A stretch of DNA of 64,000 bases from Candidatus Omnitrophota bacterium (GTDB taxonomy: Bacteria; Omnitrophota; Gorgyraeia; Gygaellales; Profunditerraquicolaceae): the NCBI GenBank assembly GCA_028712255.1, contig JAQTQJ010000009.1, positions 13,977 through 77,976 on the forward strand, in the 5' to 3' direction. Below are positions 12,248 through 21,370 of this stretch, in pieces. A program made the translations under genes and the position numbers. Within the stretch, counting starts at the first letter, position 1. Every line of letters begins with the position of its first letter. The notes beneath the pieces were generated by a model. The model was not told the origin of the DNA. It searched no databases and saw only the letters and a program-made list of their open reading frames with translations.

Positions 12248-12439
12248 ATGAAACTACTTGAATTAAAAGCTTTAACAGGAACTGAATTGTTAGAAAAAGA
12301 GAAGACGCTGTATGCTGAATTGTCTAAATTAAATTTACAGCGTTATACAGGCCGAGTAGAGAAGCCGCATAAGTTTGCACTGATAAAAAAAGATATTGCG
12401 CGCATCAGGACAATCTTAAACCAGAAGAAAGAAAGATAA
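12248..12439 (+). CDS. rpmC: 50S ribosomal protein L29
   Basis: 63 aa L29-like. Conserved order. Confidence 0.88.
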   Translation: MKLLELKALTGTELLEKEKTLYAELSKLNLQRYTGRVEKPHKFALIKKDIARIRTILNQKKER

Positions 12440-12440
12440 G

Positions 12441-12722
12441 ATGGGAAAGAAAAAAGAATTTATAGGTTTAGTAGTAAGCGATAAAATGCAAAAAACAGTC
12501 GTAGTTAAGACTATGCATTTGACCAGGCATGCGAAATATTCCAAAACAATTAAACTTCATAATAAATTCAAAGCTCATGATGAAAAAGGCACGGCTAGGC
12601 TGGGAGATACAGTAAGTATAGCAGAAACGCGTCCTTTATCCAAAGATAAGCATTTTATAGTCAAAGCAGTACTTAAAAAAGCGGCAGATACGCATCTTGT
12701 ATCTGCTGAGGAGATAGTTTAA
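12441..12722 (+). CDS. rpsQ: 30S ribosomal protein S17
   Basis: 93 aa S17-like. Conserved order. Confidence 0.9.
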   Translation: MGKKKEFIGLVVSDKMQKTVVVKTMHLTRHAKYSKTIKLHNKFKAHDEKGTARLGDTVSIAETRPLSKDKHFIVKAVLKKAADTHLVSAEEIV

Positions 12723-13090
12723 TGCTTCAATTACGTAGTATTTTCGATGTTGCAGATAATACCGGGGCCCGTAAGGCTTCTTTGATTTGTGTTTTAAAAA
12801 AAATGGGTAGTTTTAATGCAGATATCGGAGATGTCATAAAGGTTAATATTAAAGAATCTATCCCGGGAGCTGCAGTGAAAAAGGGGGAGATGGCCAGGGC
12901 GGTAATCGTGCGCACCAGGCGTGATATAAGACGGGCGGATGGTTCAATATTACGTTTTGACCGCAATGCCATAGTAATTATTGATGATAAAGATAATCCG
13001 CGAGGAACACGCGTTTTTGGGCCGGTTGCCCGCGAATTAAGGGATAAAAATTTTAATAAAATAATTTCTTTAGCGCCAGAGGTAATTTAA
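12722..13090 (+). CDS. rplN: 50S ribosomal protein L14
   Basis: 122 aa. Starts MLQLRSIFDVADNTGARK. Confidence 0.95.
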   Translation: MLQLRSIFDVADNTGARKASLICVLKKMGSFNADIGDVIKVNIKESIPGAAVKKGEMARAVIVRTRRDIRRADGSILRFDRNAIVIIDDKDNPRGTRVFGPVARELRDKNFNKIISLAPEVI

Positions 13091-13401
13091 TGCAGAAAAT
13101 TAGGAAGAATGATATTGTTCAGATAATTAAAGGTAAAGATAAAGGAAAGCAGGGCAAAGTAATTAATGTTATCGAGGAAGGCAAGCGCGCCATAGTTGAG
13201 GGTTTAAACCTTGCTAAGAAACATAAGCGTCAGAGCCGACAGGATCAAAAAGGCGGGATAATTTCGATAGAGATGCCTTTGTCTGTATCTAATCTTATGG
13301 TTTTTTGTAAGCATTGTTCAAAGCCTTCGCGTGTAGGAGCTTTGACTTTAAAAGACGGAACCAAATCCAGATTTTGTAAAGCATGTAAAGAGGCATTATA
13401 A
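13090..13401 (+). CDS. rplX: 50S ribosomal protein L24 (Cys4 zinc-ribbon variant)
   Basis: KOW N-terminus (GKDKGKQGKV). C-terminus carries CxxC-x19-CxxC (CKHC...CKAC). Confidence 0.9.
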   Translation: MQKIRKNDIVQIIKGKDKGKQGKVINVIEEGKRAIVEGLNLAKKHKRQSRQDQKGGIISIEMPLSVSNLMVFCKHCSKPSRVGALTLKDGTKSRFCKACKEAL

Positions 13402-13402
13402 G

Positions 13403-13960
13403 ATGATACCTAGACTACTAGAAAAATATCGTAATGAAATTGTTCCGAAATTAATGGAAGATTTTAAATTAAAAAATAAAATGGCAGTTCCTGCAGTTGA
13501 TAAGATTGTGGTGAATATGGGTATTGGTGAAGGTACTCAGGATGTTAAATTATTAGAGAAATCAGTCGAAGAGCTGGGAAATATAACTGGGCAGAAACCG
13601 ATTATCCGACGCGCAAAAAAAGCAATTGCAAATTTTAAGGTTAGAGAGGGCCAAGCGGTTGGCGCCAAAGTAACTTTAAGGCGTGTGATGATGTATGAGT
13701 TTATGGATCGGCTGCTTAATATCGCTCTTCCTCGTATTCGTGATTTTCAAGGGGTTTCCCGGGATTCCTTTGATAAAGGGTTTAATTATACCTTGGGTTT
13801 AAGTGAGCAGATTATATTTCCTGAGATCGAATATGATAAAATTACCCGTACCCAAGGAATGGATATTACTTTTGTAATCAAGAACGCTAAAAATATCGAA
13901 CAAGCAAGGAGCCTATTGAAATATTTCGGTATGCCTTTTAAGGCTAAGGAAGAAAAATAA
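13403..13960 (+). CDS. rplE: 50S ribosomal protein L5
   Basis: 185 aa L5-like. Conserved order. Confidence 0.93.
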   Translation: MIPRLLEKYRNEIVPKLMEDFKLKNKMAVPAVDKIVVNMGIGEGTQDVKLLEKSVEELGNITGQKPIIRRAKKAIANFKVREGQAVGAKVTLRRVMMYEFMDRLLNIALPRIRDFQGVSRDSFDKGFNYTLGLSEQIIFPEIEYDKITRTQGMDITFVIKNAKNIEQARSLLKYFGMPFKAKEEK

Positions 13961-13963
13961 AAA

Positions 13964-14149
13964 ATGGCAAAGAATTCACAGATCGCAAGATGGAAAAGAG
14001 CGCCTAAGTTTTCAACTCGTAAATACAACCGTTGTTCAATTTGTGGAAGAAGTGGTGGATACTTAAGAAGATTTCAACTTTGTCGTATATGTTTTAGGGA
14101 GCTGGTTTGGCAGGGGCTTATCCCCGGCGTAAAAAAGGCCAGCTGGTAA
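13964..14149 (+). CDS. rpsN: 30S ribosomal protein S14 type Z (zinc-binding)
   Basis: 61 aa with CxxC...CxxC (CSICGR...CRIC). Confidence 0.92.
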   Translation: MAKNSQIARWKRAPKFSTRKYNRCSICGRSGGYLRRFQLCRICFRELVWQGLIPGVKKASW

Positions 14150-14153
14150 GTTA

Positions 14154-14205
14154 CACCCGGCGCTAAGCGGGATTGCGCCGGTGTTCCGCTTGTGCGGAAG
14201 GAGAG
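14154..14205 (+). promoter_or_regulatory. Recurrent structured leader motif, copy 2 (upstream of rpsH)
   Basis: Hairpin 1: CACCCGGCGC, loop TAAGCGGGATT, GCGCCGGTG. Hairpin 2: TTCCGCTTGTGCGGAA. Followed by GGAGAG SD. Stem sequences differ from copy 1 but remain complementary. Confidence 0.6.
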
Positions 14206-14209
14206 TTAA

Positions 14210-14605
14210 ATGTCAAGAACTGATTTAATTGCAGATGTTTTTACAATCATACGTAATGCTATATTGATTAAAAGGGATGTGGTTGATGTTCCGGCTTCTG
14301 GTAATATAAAATCAATTATGGCTATTCTTAAGAAGAATGAATATATTGATAATTTTAAATTGATTGAAGATAAGAAACAAGGCATGGTGAGAGTTTACCT
14401 GAAATATAATGCGGGAAAATCGGCGATCCGTAATATTAAGCGTGTTTCAAAGCCGGGTTTGCGGGTTTATGTAAGAGGCAAGAAGGTTCCCGCAGTATTG
14501 AGGGGCAGAGGGTTGGCGATTGTTTCTACCTCGAAAGGCGTTATCACTGATAAAGAAGCTAAAGAACTTGGTGTGGGCGGGGAAGTTATCGCCTATATCT
14601 GGTAA
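14210..14605 (+). CDS. rpsH: 30S ribosomal protein S8
   Basis: 131 aa S8-like. spc operon position. Confidence 0.93.
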   Translation: MSRTDLIADVFTIIRNAILIKRDVVDVPASGNIKSIMAILKKNEYIDNFKLIEDKKQGMVRVYLKYNAGKSAIRNIKRVSKPGLRVYVRGKKVPAVLRGRGLAIVSTSKGVITDKEAKELGVGGEVIAYIW

Positions 14606-14657
14606 CACTTTGCGTTTATAAGGAATTACGCGGGTATGCCCTTGTGGGCAAAGGAAA
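14606..14657 (+). promoter_or_regulatory. Recurrent structured leader motif, copy 3 (upstream of rplF)
   Basis: Hairpin 1: CACTTTGCGT, loop TTATAAGGAATT, ACGCGGGT, with the stem kept by G-U wobbles at RNA level. Hairpin 2: TGCCCTTGTGGGCA. Followed by AAGGAAA, then the ATG. Confidence 0.55.
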
Positions 14658-14661
14658 ATAA

Positions 14662-15213
14662 ATGTCTAGGATTGGGAAAAAACCGGTAACAATACCTAAA
14701 GATGTAAAAATAGAAGTCAAAGATGGAGTAGTTTTGGTCCAGGGGCCTAAGGGTAAGCTTGACCGTAAACTTTCTGATCGGATTAGTGTTGAGATTAAAG
14801 ATGATCAACTTTTGGTTAAAAGAGTAGCGGATACTAAGTTGGATAAATCTATGCATGGATTATACCGGGCTCTTATTGTGAATATGATTAAAGGTGTAAC
14901 TGAAGGTTATCTTAAGGAGCTAGAGATTATCGGCGTGGGATTTAAAGCTGCGGTGGCTGGGGATAAATTAAATATGGCCTTAGGATTTTCGCATCCGGTG
15001 AATTTTACAATTCCCGCAGGTATTAAAATCGAAACTCCTAAACCCACTCAATTAGTCATAAGAGGCATAGATAAGGAGTTAATAGGGGAAGTGGCAACTG
15101 AAATACGCGCAATTTATCCTCCTGAGCCTTATAAGGGTAAAGGGATTCGTTTTGTAGGAGAACAGGTAAAGAAGAAGGTGGGTAAGGCGCAGGCAACTGG
15201 CGGTGCTAAATAA
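14662..15213 (+). CDS. rplF: 50S ribosomal protein L6
   Basis: 183 aa L6-like. Conserved order. Confidence 0.93.
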   Translation: MSRIGKKPVTIPKDVKIEVKDGVVLVQGPKGKLDRKLSDRISVEIKDDQLLVKRVADTKLDKSMHGLYRALIVNMIKGVTEGYLKELEIIGVGFKAAVAGDKLNMALGFSHPVNFTIPAGIKIETPKPTQLVIRGIDKELIGEVATEIRAIYPPEPYKGKGIRFVGEQVKKKVGKAQATGGAK

Positions 15214-15214
15214 A

Positions 15215-15574
15215 ATGAGAAAAAAAGAAGAGTTAAGGCTAAAGAGGCATAAACGAATTAAAATGAAGATGTTGGGTACCAAAGAGATGCCACGGTTGGT
15301 TGTGCATCGTTCTCTGAAAAACATCTCCGCTCAGCTTTTGGATGATACGGCGGGTAAGGTATTATTTTCTTTCTCTACCAAAGATAAGGGGGCAAAACAG
15401 AAATTTACCAGCGCCGGAAATATTAAATCGGCGGAAATTTTTGGAGAGTTGTTTGCTAAAGAAGCAAAGGAAAAAGGATATAGCAAAGTAATTTTTGATA
15501 GGGCAGGGTATCTTTATCATGGAAGGGTTAAATCTTTTGCCGATGCATTAAGAAAAGGTGGAATGGAGTTTTAA
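15215..15574 (+). CDS. rplR: 50S ribosomal protein L18
   Basis: L18-like. ATG 15215 immediately follows the rplF stop. The ORF-track GTG at 15203 would overlap rplF. Confidence 0.88.
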   Translation: MRKKEELRLKRHKRIKMKMLGTKEMPRLVVHRSLKNISAQLLDDTAGKVLFSFSTKDKGAKQKFTSAGNIKSAEIFGELFAKEAKEKGYSKVIFDRAGYLYHGRVKSFADALRKGGMEF

Positions 15575-15577
15575 ATT

Positions 15578-16030
15578 ATGCGTGAATTAAATATTGGACA
15601 GCAAACAGACCTGATCGAGAAAGTTATTAGCATAAACCGCGTTACTAAGGTAACCAAGGGTGGAAAGAAATTGCATTTTAGTGCTTTAGTGGTTGTTGGC
15701 GATACTAAAGGGAGAGTGGGTTTTGCTTTAGATAAAGCCAATGAAGTCGCCGAAGCTATTCGGAAATCTTTGACGAAAGCTAAAAAAAGCCTGTATAAAA
15801 TCCCTCTGGAGGGGGCAACTATTCCTCATGAGGTTGTTGGTAAATTTGGAGCGGCAAGTGTCCTGCTCAAACCTGCTTCTGAAGGTACAGGTGTTATTGC
15901 AGCAGGGCCGGTACGTGCAATCTGTGAAGCGGCTGGTATTAAAGATATACTCACTAAGTGTTTAAAATCAAATAATCCGATTAATGTTATCAAGGCTACG
16001 ATGCAGGGATTAATAAGCCTAAAGGCTTAA
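15578..16030 (+). CDS. rpsE: 30S ribosomal protein S5
   Basis: 150 aa S5-like. Conserved order. Confidence 0.93.
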   Translation: MRELNIGQQTDLIEKVISINRVTKVTKGGKKLHFSALVVVGDTKGRVGFALDKANEVAEAIRKSLTKAKKSLYKIPLEGATIPHEVVGKFGAASVLLKPASEGTGVIAAGPVRAICEAAGIKDILTKCLKSNNPINVIKATMQGLISLKA

Positions 16031-16039
16031 AAATTTAAA

Positions 16040-16612
16040 ATGAAAGAAAAAAAACCAGTTACAAAATCAGTAGTTAAGAAAGTGTCCGTTAAGAAAGCAG
16101 TGGCTAAAAAAGTTTCTGCTAAACCAGCTAAAGAGATTCAACAAAAAATTTCAATAAGCGGGGTTTCTTTATATAATCTGAAGAGGCCGTTTGGTTCACA
16201 CAAAAAGAGAAAATATTTAGGACGAGGTTCAAGTAGCGGGCATGGTAAGACTTCAACCCGCGGAAGTAAAGGGCAAACTTCGCGTGCAGGACGGCATTTT
16301 TATTTAGGTTTTGAGGGTGGCCAATCTCCGCTTATCCGTAAGATGCCCAAACGCGGATTTGTGAGTAATTTCAAGAAAGTTTACCAGATCGTTAAACTGA
16401 ATGACTTAAACGCAATTAAGGAAGCCACAATTACCCCGCTTATTTTAAAGAAAAATGGTTTAATTCGAAATGAATCTGCGTTAATTAAGATATTAGGCAA
16501 TGGCAGTATTAAGAATGCGGTGATTGTTCAAGCGCATGCTTTTTCAAAACGCGCCGCTAGTGAAATTGTCAACGCCGGCGGAAAAGCAGAAATCTTACTG
16601 AGTAATCAATAA
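16040..16612 (+). CDS. rplO: 50S ribosomal protein L15 (Lys-rich N-terminal extension; no rpmD/L30 gene precedes it)
   Basis: L15 core (GRGSSSGHGKTSTRG). About 45-aa K/V/A-rich N-terminal extension. Confidence 0.88.
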   Translation: MKEKKPVTKSVVKKVSVKKAVAKKVSAKPAKEIQQKISISGVSLYNLKRPFGSHKKRKYLGRGSSSGHGKTSTRGSKGQTSRAGRHFYLGFEGGQSPLIRKMPKRGFVSNFKKVYQIVKLNDLNAIKEATITPLILKKNGLIRNESALIKILGNGSIKNAVIVQAHAFSKRAASEIVNAGGKAEILLSNQ

Positions 16613-17959
16613 ATGTTTAACGCACTAATTAATGCGTTTAAGATTCCGGATTTAAAAAAACGTTTAATTATAACAGGCGCGCTTATTGCAGTTTATCGCG
16701 TAGGATGTTATATCCCTACTCCTGGTATAGACGGCGCAGCACTTGCAGATTTTTTTAACCGTATCTCTAAGACTCAAGGCGGTACGCTCTTTGGCATAAT
16801 TAATATGTTTTCCGGTGGTGCTATGGAACGCTTGACTATATTTGCCTTAGGGATAATGCCGTACATATCATCAAGCATTATCATGCAGTTACTTACTGCA
16901 GTTATTCCGGCTTTTGAGAAAATGGCAAAAGAAGGGAAATCCGGATACGAAAAAATAAATCAGTTTACGCGTTACGGAACAGTATTATTGTCGGTTATAC
17001 AATCATATTTTATAGCTCTGTGGCTTGAGAATCCGGCGCGTTTTGAAGGTTTGCAGATTGTTATGCATCCGGGCTGGGGATTTCGGATCTTAACGGTCCT
17101 GACTCTTACTACCGGGACGATCTTTATTATGTGGTTAGGAGAGCAGATTCAGGAACGGGGTATTGGCAATGGAATTTCTTTAGTTATTACTGCTGGTATT
17201 ATTTCAAGGATTCCTACGGCACTTAGCCAGCTATTTGTTCTAATTTCACCGTTTGCTCCAAGCCGCAGGCAGATTCAACCAATTACTCTTTTAATCATGG
17301 CAGTTTTATTGGTGGTGGTAGTTTTTTCGGTAATCATGATTACACAGGGAATAAGAAAGATTCCCGTGCAATACGCCCGTAGAATTGTTGGCCGTAAGAT
17401 TTACGGAGGACAGAGCACCTATATACCGCTTAAGGTAGATACTTCCGGAGTTATCGCGATTATTTTTGCACAGTCAATTATTCTATTTCCGGCGACCCTG
17501 GCTTCTTTTATTCCGAATCCGGCTTTTCAACAATTAGCCCAGAACCTTATTCGCGGGCAAATACTTTATTCAATAGTTTATGCTCTTTTGATAATTTTCT
17601 TTTGTTATTTTTATACTGCTATTGTTTTTAATCCTAATGATTTATCTGAGAACATGAAAAAATATGGAGGTTTTATCCCCGGAATTAGGCCGGGTGCACC
17701 AACCGCTGAGTTTCTTGATTATGTTATGACTAGAATTACTTTAGCAGGAGCGGCATTTATTTCAATAATTGCTATTTTTCCGGATTTCATTATGGCCTGG
17801 CTAAAAGTTCCATACTTGGTAGCTTCATTTTTTGGGGGCACAGGCGTTTTGATTATTGTCGGGGTTATGTTAGATACTTTAAAGCAAATTGAATCGCATT
17901 TATTGACGCATCATTACGAAGGTTTTATAAAAAGCGGCCAAATTAGAGGAAGAAGATAA
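16613..17959 (+). CDS. secY: preprotein translocase subunit SecY
   Basis: 448 aa multi-TM protein with SecY-like motifs. spc operon position. Confidence 0.93.
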   Translation: MFNALINAFKIPDLKKRLIITGALIAVYRVGCYIPTPGIDGAALADFFNRISKTQGGTLFGIINMFSGGAMERLTIFALGIMPYISSSIIMQLLTAVIPAFEKMAKEGKSGYEKINQFTRYGTVLLSVIQSYFIALWLENPARFEGLQIVMHPGWGFRILTVLTLTTGTIFIMWLGEQIQERGIGNGISLVITAGIISRIPTALSQLFVLISPFAPSRRQIQPITLLIMAVLLVVVVFSVIMITQGIRKIPVQYARRIVGRKIYGGQSTYIPLKVDTSGVIAIIFAQSIILFPATLASFIPNPAFQQLAQNLIRGQILYSIVYALLIIFFCYFYTAIVFNPNDLSENMKKYGGFIPGIRPGAPTAEFLDYVMTRITLAGAAFISIIAIFPDFIMAWLKVPYLVASFFGGTGVLIIVGVMLDTLKQIESHLLTHHYEGFIKSGQIRGRR

Positions 17960-18606
17960 TGTACTTAGTACTTTTAGGCCCTCCTGGGGCCGGTAAAGGC
18001 ACGCAGGCAAAAAGATTGGCGCAAAGATTGAGCCTGCCGCATATATCTACCGGAGATATCTTAAGACAGAATGTCAAAGATGGCACTGCCCTTGGTAAAC
18101 AGGCCAAAGGTATTATGGATAAGGGTTTACTTGTTTCGGATGATTTAGTGGCAAAAATGCTCGATGAACGTTTTAATAATCCGGATATAAAAAAAGGTTT
18201 TATTTTAGATGGATATCCCAGGACATTGTCTCAGGCTAAGACTTTAGATGAGATTTTAAGTAAAAAGAAACTAGCGGTAGATTTAGTAGTTTATTTGAAT
18301 ACAAGCGATGAAGTAATTATTAAGCGGCTTACCGGAAGGTTAGTTTGTTCTAAATGCGGGGCGAATTTTCATGTAATTAATATGCCTCCTAAAGAAGAGG
18401 GAGTTTGCGATAGTTGCCAGGGGTCTTTATATCAGCGTTCTGATGATAATGAGGAAACGGTGCGCAAGCGCCTTGAAGTTTATAAAAATGAAGTTGCTTC
18501 TTTGATAGAGTATTACAACCAGGTAAAAAAGCTGCACAGTTTGAATGCCGATTTAGATCCTGGGGTGGTTCTGGAGCAGATTATTAAATTAAGTACGAAA
18601 AATTAA
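17959..18606 (+). CDS. adk: adenylate kinase (zinc-lid type)
   Basis: P-loop GPPGAGKGTQ. Lid carries CSKCG...CDSC. Confidence 0.93.
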   Translation: MYLVLLGPPGAGKGTQAKRLAQRLSLPHISTGDILRQNVKDGTALGKQAKGIMDKGLLVSDDLVAKMLDERFNNPDIKKGFILDGYPRTLSQAKTLDEILSKKKLAVDLVVYLNTSDEVIIKRLTGRLVCSKCGANFHVINMPPKEEGVCDSCQGSLYQRSDDNEETVRKRLEVYKNEVASLIEYYNQVKKLHSLNADLDPGVVLEQIIKLSTKN

Positions 18607-19350
18607 ATGATCTGTTTGAGGTCTCCAAGTGAAATTGAGATGCTTAAGCGTTCAGGTAAGATCTTGGCAGCTGTTATGCGCAGGATAGAGGATATCGTAG
18701 AGCCAGGGATTACTACCTTAGATATCGATCGTTTGAGCGAAGAATTAATTCTTAAGGAAAAGGCTATTGCAGCTTTTAAGGGGTATAAAGGTTTTCCGGC
18801 AACTGCCTGTGTTTCTGTAAATGAAGAGGTTGTTCATGGTATTCCTGGTCCAAGAGTGATTTTGGAAGGGGATATCATAAGTATAGATTTAGGAGTAAAC
18901 TATCAGGGTTATTTCTCGGATATGGCAGTAACGCTGCCAGTAGGTAAGGCAGATCAGGCTAAAATAAAACTTATTGAAATAACCAAGCAATCGTTAGAAA
19001 TTGGTATTACGCAGGCGCGGGTAGGTAACTATTTAACTGATATTTCTCATAGTATTCAAAGTTTTGCAGAGGCGCAGGGATTTTCCGTAGTTAGGCAGTT
19101 TGTGGGCCATGGTATTGGGGCTGCATTACATGAAGATCCGGAGATTCCTAATTTTGGTAGGCCTCATTTGGGAGTTCTTTTAAAAAGCGGTATGGTTTTA
19201 GCAATTGAACCAATGATTAATGTTGGAAGCTGGGAATGTCTTATTCTTGAGAATGGCTGGACAGCAGTGACTAAAGATGGCACTCCATCAGCCCATTTTG
19301 AGCATACTGTGGCGATTACCGATAAAGGGCCAGTAGTACTGACAAAGTAA
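18607..19350 (+). CDS. map: methionine aminopeptidase type I
   Basis: 247 aa M24A-like. Conserved position after adk. Confidence 0.9.
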   Translation: MICLRSPSEIEMLKRSGKILAAVMRRIEDIVEPGITTLDIDRLSEELILKEKAIAAFKGYKGFPATACVSVNEEVVHGIPGPRVILEGDIISIDLGVNYQGYFSDMAVTLPVGKADQAKIKLIEITKQSLEIGITQARVGNYLTDISHSIQSFAEAQGFSVVRQFVGHGIGAALHEDPEIPNFGRPHLGVLLKSGMVLAIEPMINVGSWECLILENGWTAVTKDGTPSAHFEHTVAITDKGPVVLTK

Positions 19351-19569
19351 ATGGCAAAAGAAGAACTAATTGAAACTGAGGGTAAGATTATTGAAGCGCT
19401 GCCTAATGCTATGTTTAAGGTAGAGCTTGAAAATGGGCATGTAGTTTTAGCGCATGTTTCGGGAAAGATGCGTATGAATTTCATCAGGATTCTTCCGGGT
19501 GATAAAGTAAAATTAGAACTTTCTCCTTATGATTTGGCCCGAGGGAGAATTACTTTTAGGGTGAGATAA
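19351..19569 (+). CDS. infA: translation initiation factor IF-1
   Basis: 72 aa S1-like OB fold with IF-1 sequence. Confidence 0.93.
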   Translation: MAKEELIETEGKIIEALPNAMFKVELENGHVVLAHVSGKMRMNFIRILPGDKVKLELSPYDLARGRITFRVR

Positions 19570-19670
19570 ATGTTTTTCTTCGCCAATAGATATTTAAAGC
19601 AATGGTGTGGCTTCGAAGGAACTATTCCTGCGGAGCTCTACCATAAATTTAATGTTAGGAGCGTAGCAGA

Positions 19671-19784
19671 ATGAAGGTTAAAGCGTCGATCCGTAAGATT
19701 TGCGATAAGTGTAAAATAATAAAACGAAGAGGGGTTGTGCGTGTAATTTGCGTGACTTCTAAACATAAACAGAGGCAAGGCTAG
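19671..19784 (+). CDS. rpmJ: 50S ribosomal protein L36 (zinc type)
   Basis: 37 aa: [37 protein letters not shown]. Not in the ORF track, which lists no ORF under 60 aa. Confidence 0.9.
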   Translation: MKVKASIRKICDKCKIIKRRGVVRVICVTSKHKQRQG

Positions 19785-19822
19785 GCTTTTTAAGGCCTTT
19801 ACTCAGTGCTCAAGGAGTTCAT

Positions 19823-20236
19823 ATGCCAAGAATTATCGGTGTTGATATACCTAAAGAAAAAAGAATTGAGATAGCGCTTACTTATTTATATGGAATAGGC
19901 AGGGCAACTTCAAATGTTGTGCTAAAAGAAGCAGGGATTAGCCCTGATAAGAGGGCCAAGGATTTAACTGAAGAGGAGGTATCGCGTATTACTAATATTC
20001 TTCAGAAAGGATCTTTGAGGATTGAAGGTGACTTACGTCGTGATATCTCACAGAATATTAAACGCTTGATGGATATTGGTTCTTGGAGGGGGATGCGCCA
20101 TAAAAAGGGCCTTCCTGTTCGTGGCCAGCGTACACGTACAAATTCGCGTACCAGAAAAGGCAAGAAGAGAGTAAATTTGGCGCCTATTAAGAAGGTTGAA
20201 AGCGCACCAAAAGCTGCAAAGCAGGCGGGAAAGTAA
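19823..20236 (+). CDS. rpsM: 30S ribosomal protein S13
   Basis: 137 aa S13-like. alpha operon. Confidence 0.93.
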   Translation: MPRIIGVDIPKEKRIEIALTYLYGIGRATSNVVLKEAGISPDKRAKDLTEEEVSRITNILQKGSLRIEGDLRRDISQNIKRLMDIGSWRGMRHKKGLPVRGQRTRTNSRTRKGKKRVNLAPIKKVESAPKAAKQAGK

Positions 20237-20240
20237 TATA

Positions 20241-20290
20241 CACCCCGCGCTAATTGGTATTGCGCGGGTGTTGTCTAGGTAGACAAGGAG
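20241..20290 (+). promoter_or_regulatory. Recurrent structured leader motif, copy 4 (upstream of rpsK)
   Basis: Hairpin 1: CACCCCGCGC, loop TAATTGGTATT, GCGCGGGTG. Hairpin 2: TTGTCTAGGTAGACAA. Followed by GGAG SD. Confidence 0.6.
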
Positions 20291-20300
20291 ATAAAATAAA

Positions 20301-20690
20301 ATGGCGACAAAAGATAACGCAAAGAAGAAAAAAATTGCTCGCGGCATAACCAGCGGTATTGCCCATATTCAGGCAAGTTTCAATAATACGATTATTACTA
20401 TAACCGATAAACAAGGTAATGTTTTGGCTTGGAGTGCTCCAGGCTCAGTAGGTTATAGTGGTTCTAAGAAATCCACTCCTTTTGCCGCGCAACTTGCAGC
20501 AACTGATGCTGCCAGAAAAGCTAAAGAGGTAGGGGTTAAAGAGTTGGAAGTTTATGTGAAGGGGCCGGGTTTTGGCAGAGAGTCAGCAATTCGGGCGCTT
20601 CAGGCAGCAGGATTGGTCGTAACTTTGATTAAAGATGTTACTCCTATTCCTCATAATGGTTGCCGTCCCAAGAAGAAAAGGAGAGTTTAA
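20301..20690 (+). CDS. rpsK: 30S ribosomal protein S11
   Basis: 129 aa S11-like. alpha operon. Confidence 0.93.
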   Translation: MATKDNAKKKKIARGITSGIAHIQASFNNTIITITDKQGNVLAWSAPGSVGYSGSKKSTPFAAQLAATDAARKAKEVGVKELEVYVKGPGFGRESAIRALQAAGLVVTLIKDVTPIPHNGCRPKKKRRV

Positions 20691-20693
20691 TTT

Positions 20694-21323
20694 ATGGGCC
20701 GTTATATTGGTGCAGTTTGTAGGTTATGCCGTAGGCAGGGTGAAAAATTATTTTTAAAAGGGACAAGGTGCCAGACTGAAAAATGCGCGGCTAGCAAGAG
20801 AGCATATCCGCCGGGCCAGCATGGTGAAGGCAGAAGGCAGAAGCTTTCTAACTACGGAGTACAGCTAAAAGAGAAGCAGAAGGTTAAGAGGATTTACGGG
20901 GTTTTGGAAAAACAATTCCGCATATATTTTAAGATTGCTTCAAAAACTAAAGGCGTAACCGGTAAGGTTCTTCTGCAATTGTTAGAGCGTAGGCTTGATA
21001 ATGTGATTTTTCGTATGGGGCTGGGAATTTCGCGTTCGCAGGCCCGCCAGATCGTTAGGCATAATTGGGTCGCGGTTAATTCCCGTAGAGTAAATATTCC
21101 GTCATTTTTAGTTGATAAAGATGATGTGGTTGAGATCAAAGCTAAGGATAAAGCCAAAATTAAACTTAAAGATAATCTGGAGCTTTCTAAAGACAGAACT
21201 GTTCCTAGTTGGCTTGAGTTTACCTTAGCCGATATGAAAGCCAAAGTTTTGAGGCTTCCTGAAAAAGGCGATATCCAGCAGCAGATACAGGAGCAGTTGA
21301 TCGTCGAGTTGTATTCTAAATAA
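20694..21323 (+). CDS. rpsD: 30S ribosomal protein S4
   Basis: 209 aa with N-terminal Cys cluster (CRLCRRQG...C...C) and an S4 domain. Confidence 0.93.
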   Translation: MGRYIGAVCRLCRRQGEKLFLKGTRCQTEKCAASKRAYPPGQHGEGRRQKLSNYGVQLKEKQKVKRIYGVLEKQFRIYFKIASKTKGVTGKVLLQLLERRLDNVIFRMGLGISRSQARQIVRHNWVAVNSRRVNIPSFLVDKDDVVEIKAKDKAKIKLKDNLELSKDRTVPSWLEFTLADMKAKVLRLPEKGDIQQQIQEQLIVELYSK

Positions 21324-21370
21324 TCAGGCATTAATTAAGCAGGTTTATTAAATATAATCAGGGGGGTAAT

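Noticed and set aside
20894-21331. 145-aa minus-strand ORF, and all other minus-strand ORFs in the track (e.g. 5822-6142, 2620-2955, 39796-40170)
   Set aside because: Each lies entirely inside a well-supported plus-strand gene. Low-complexity S/L/I-rich translations are typical of antisense shadow frames. There are no SD or start contexts.
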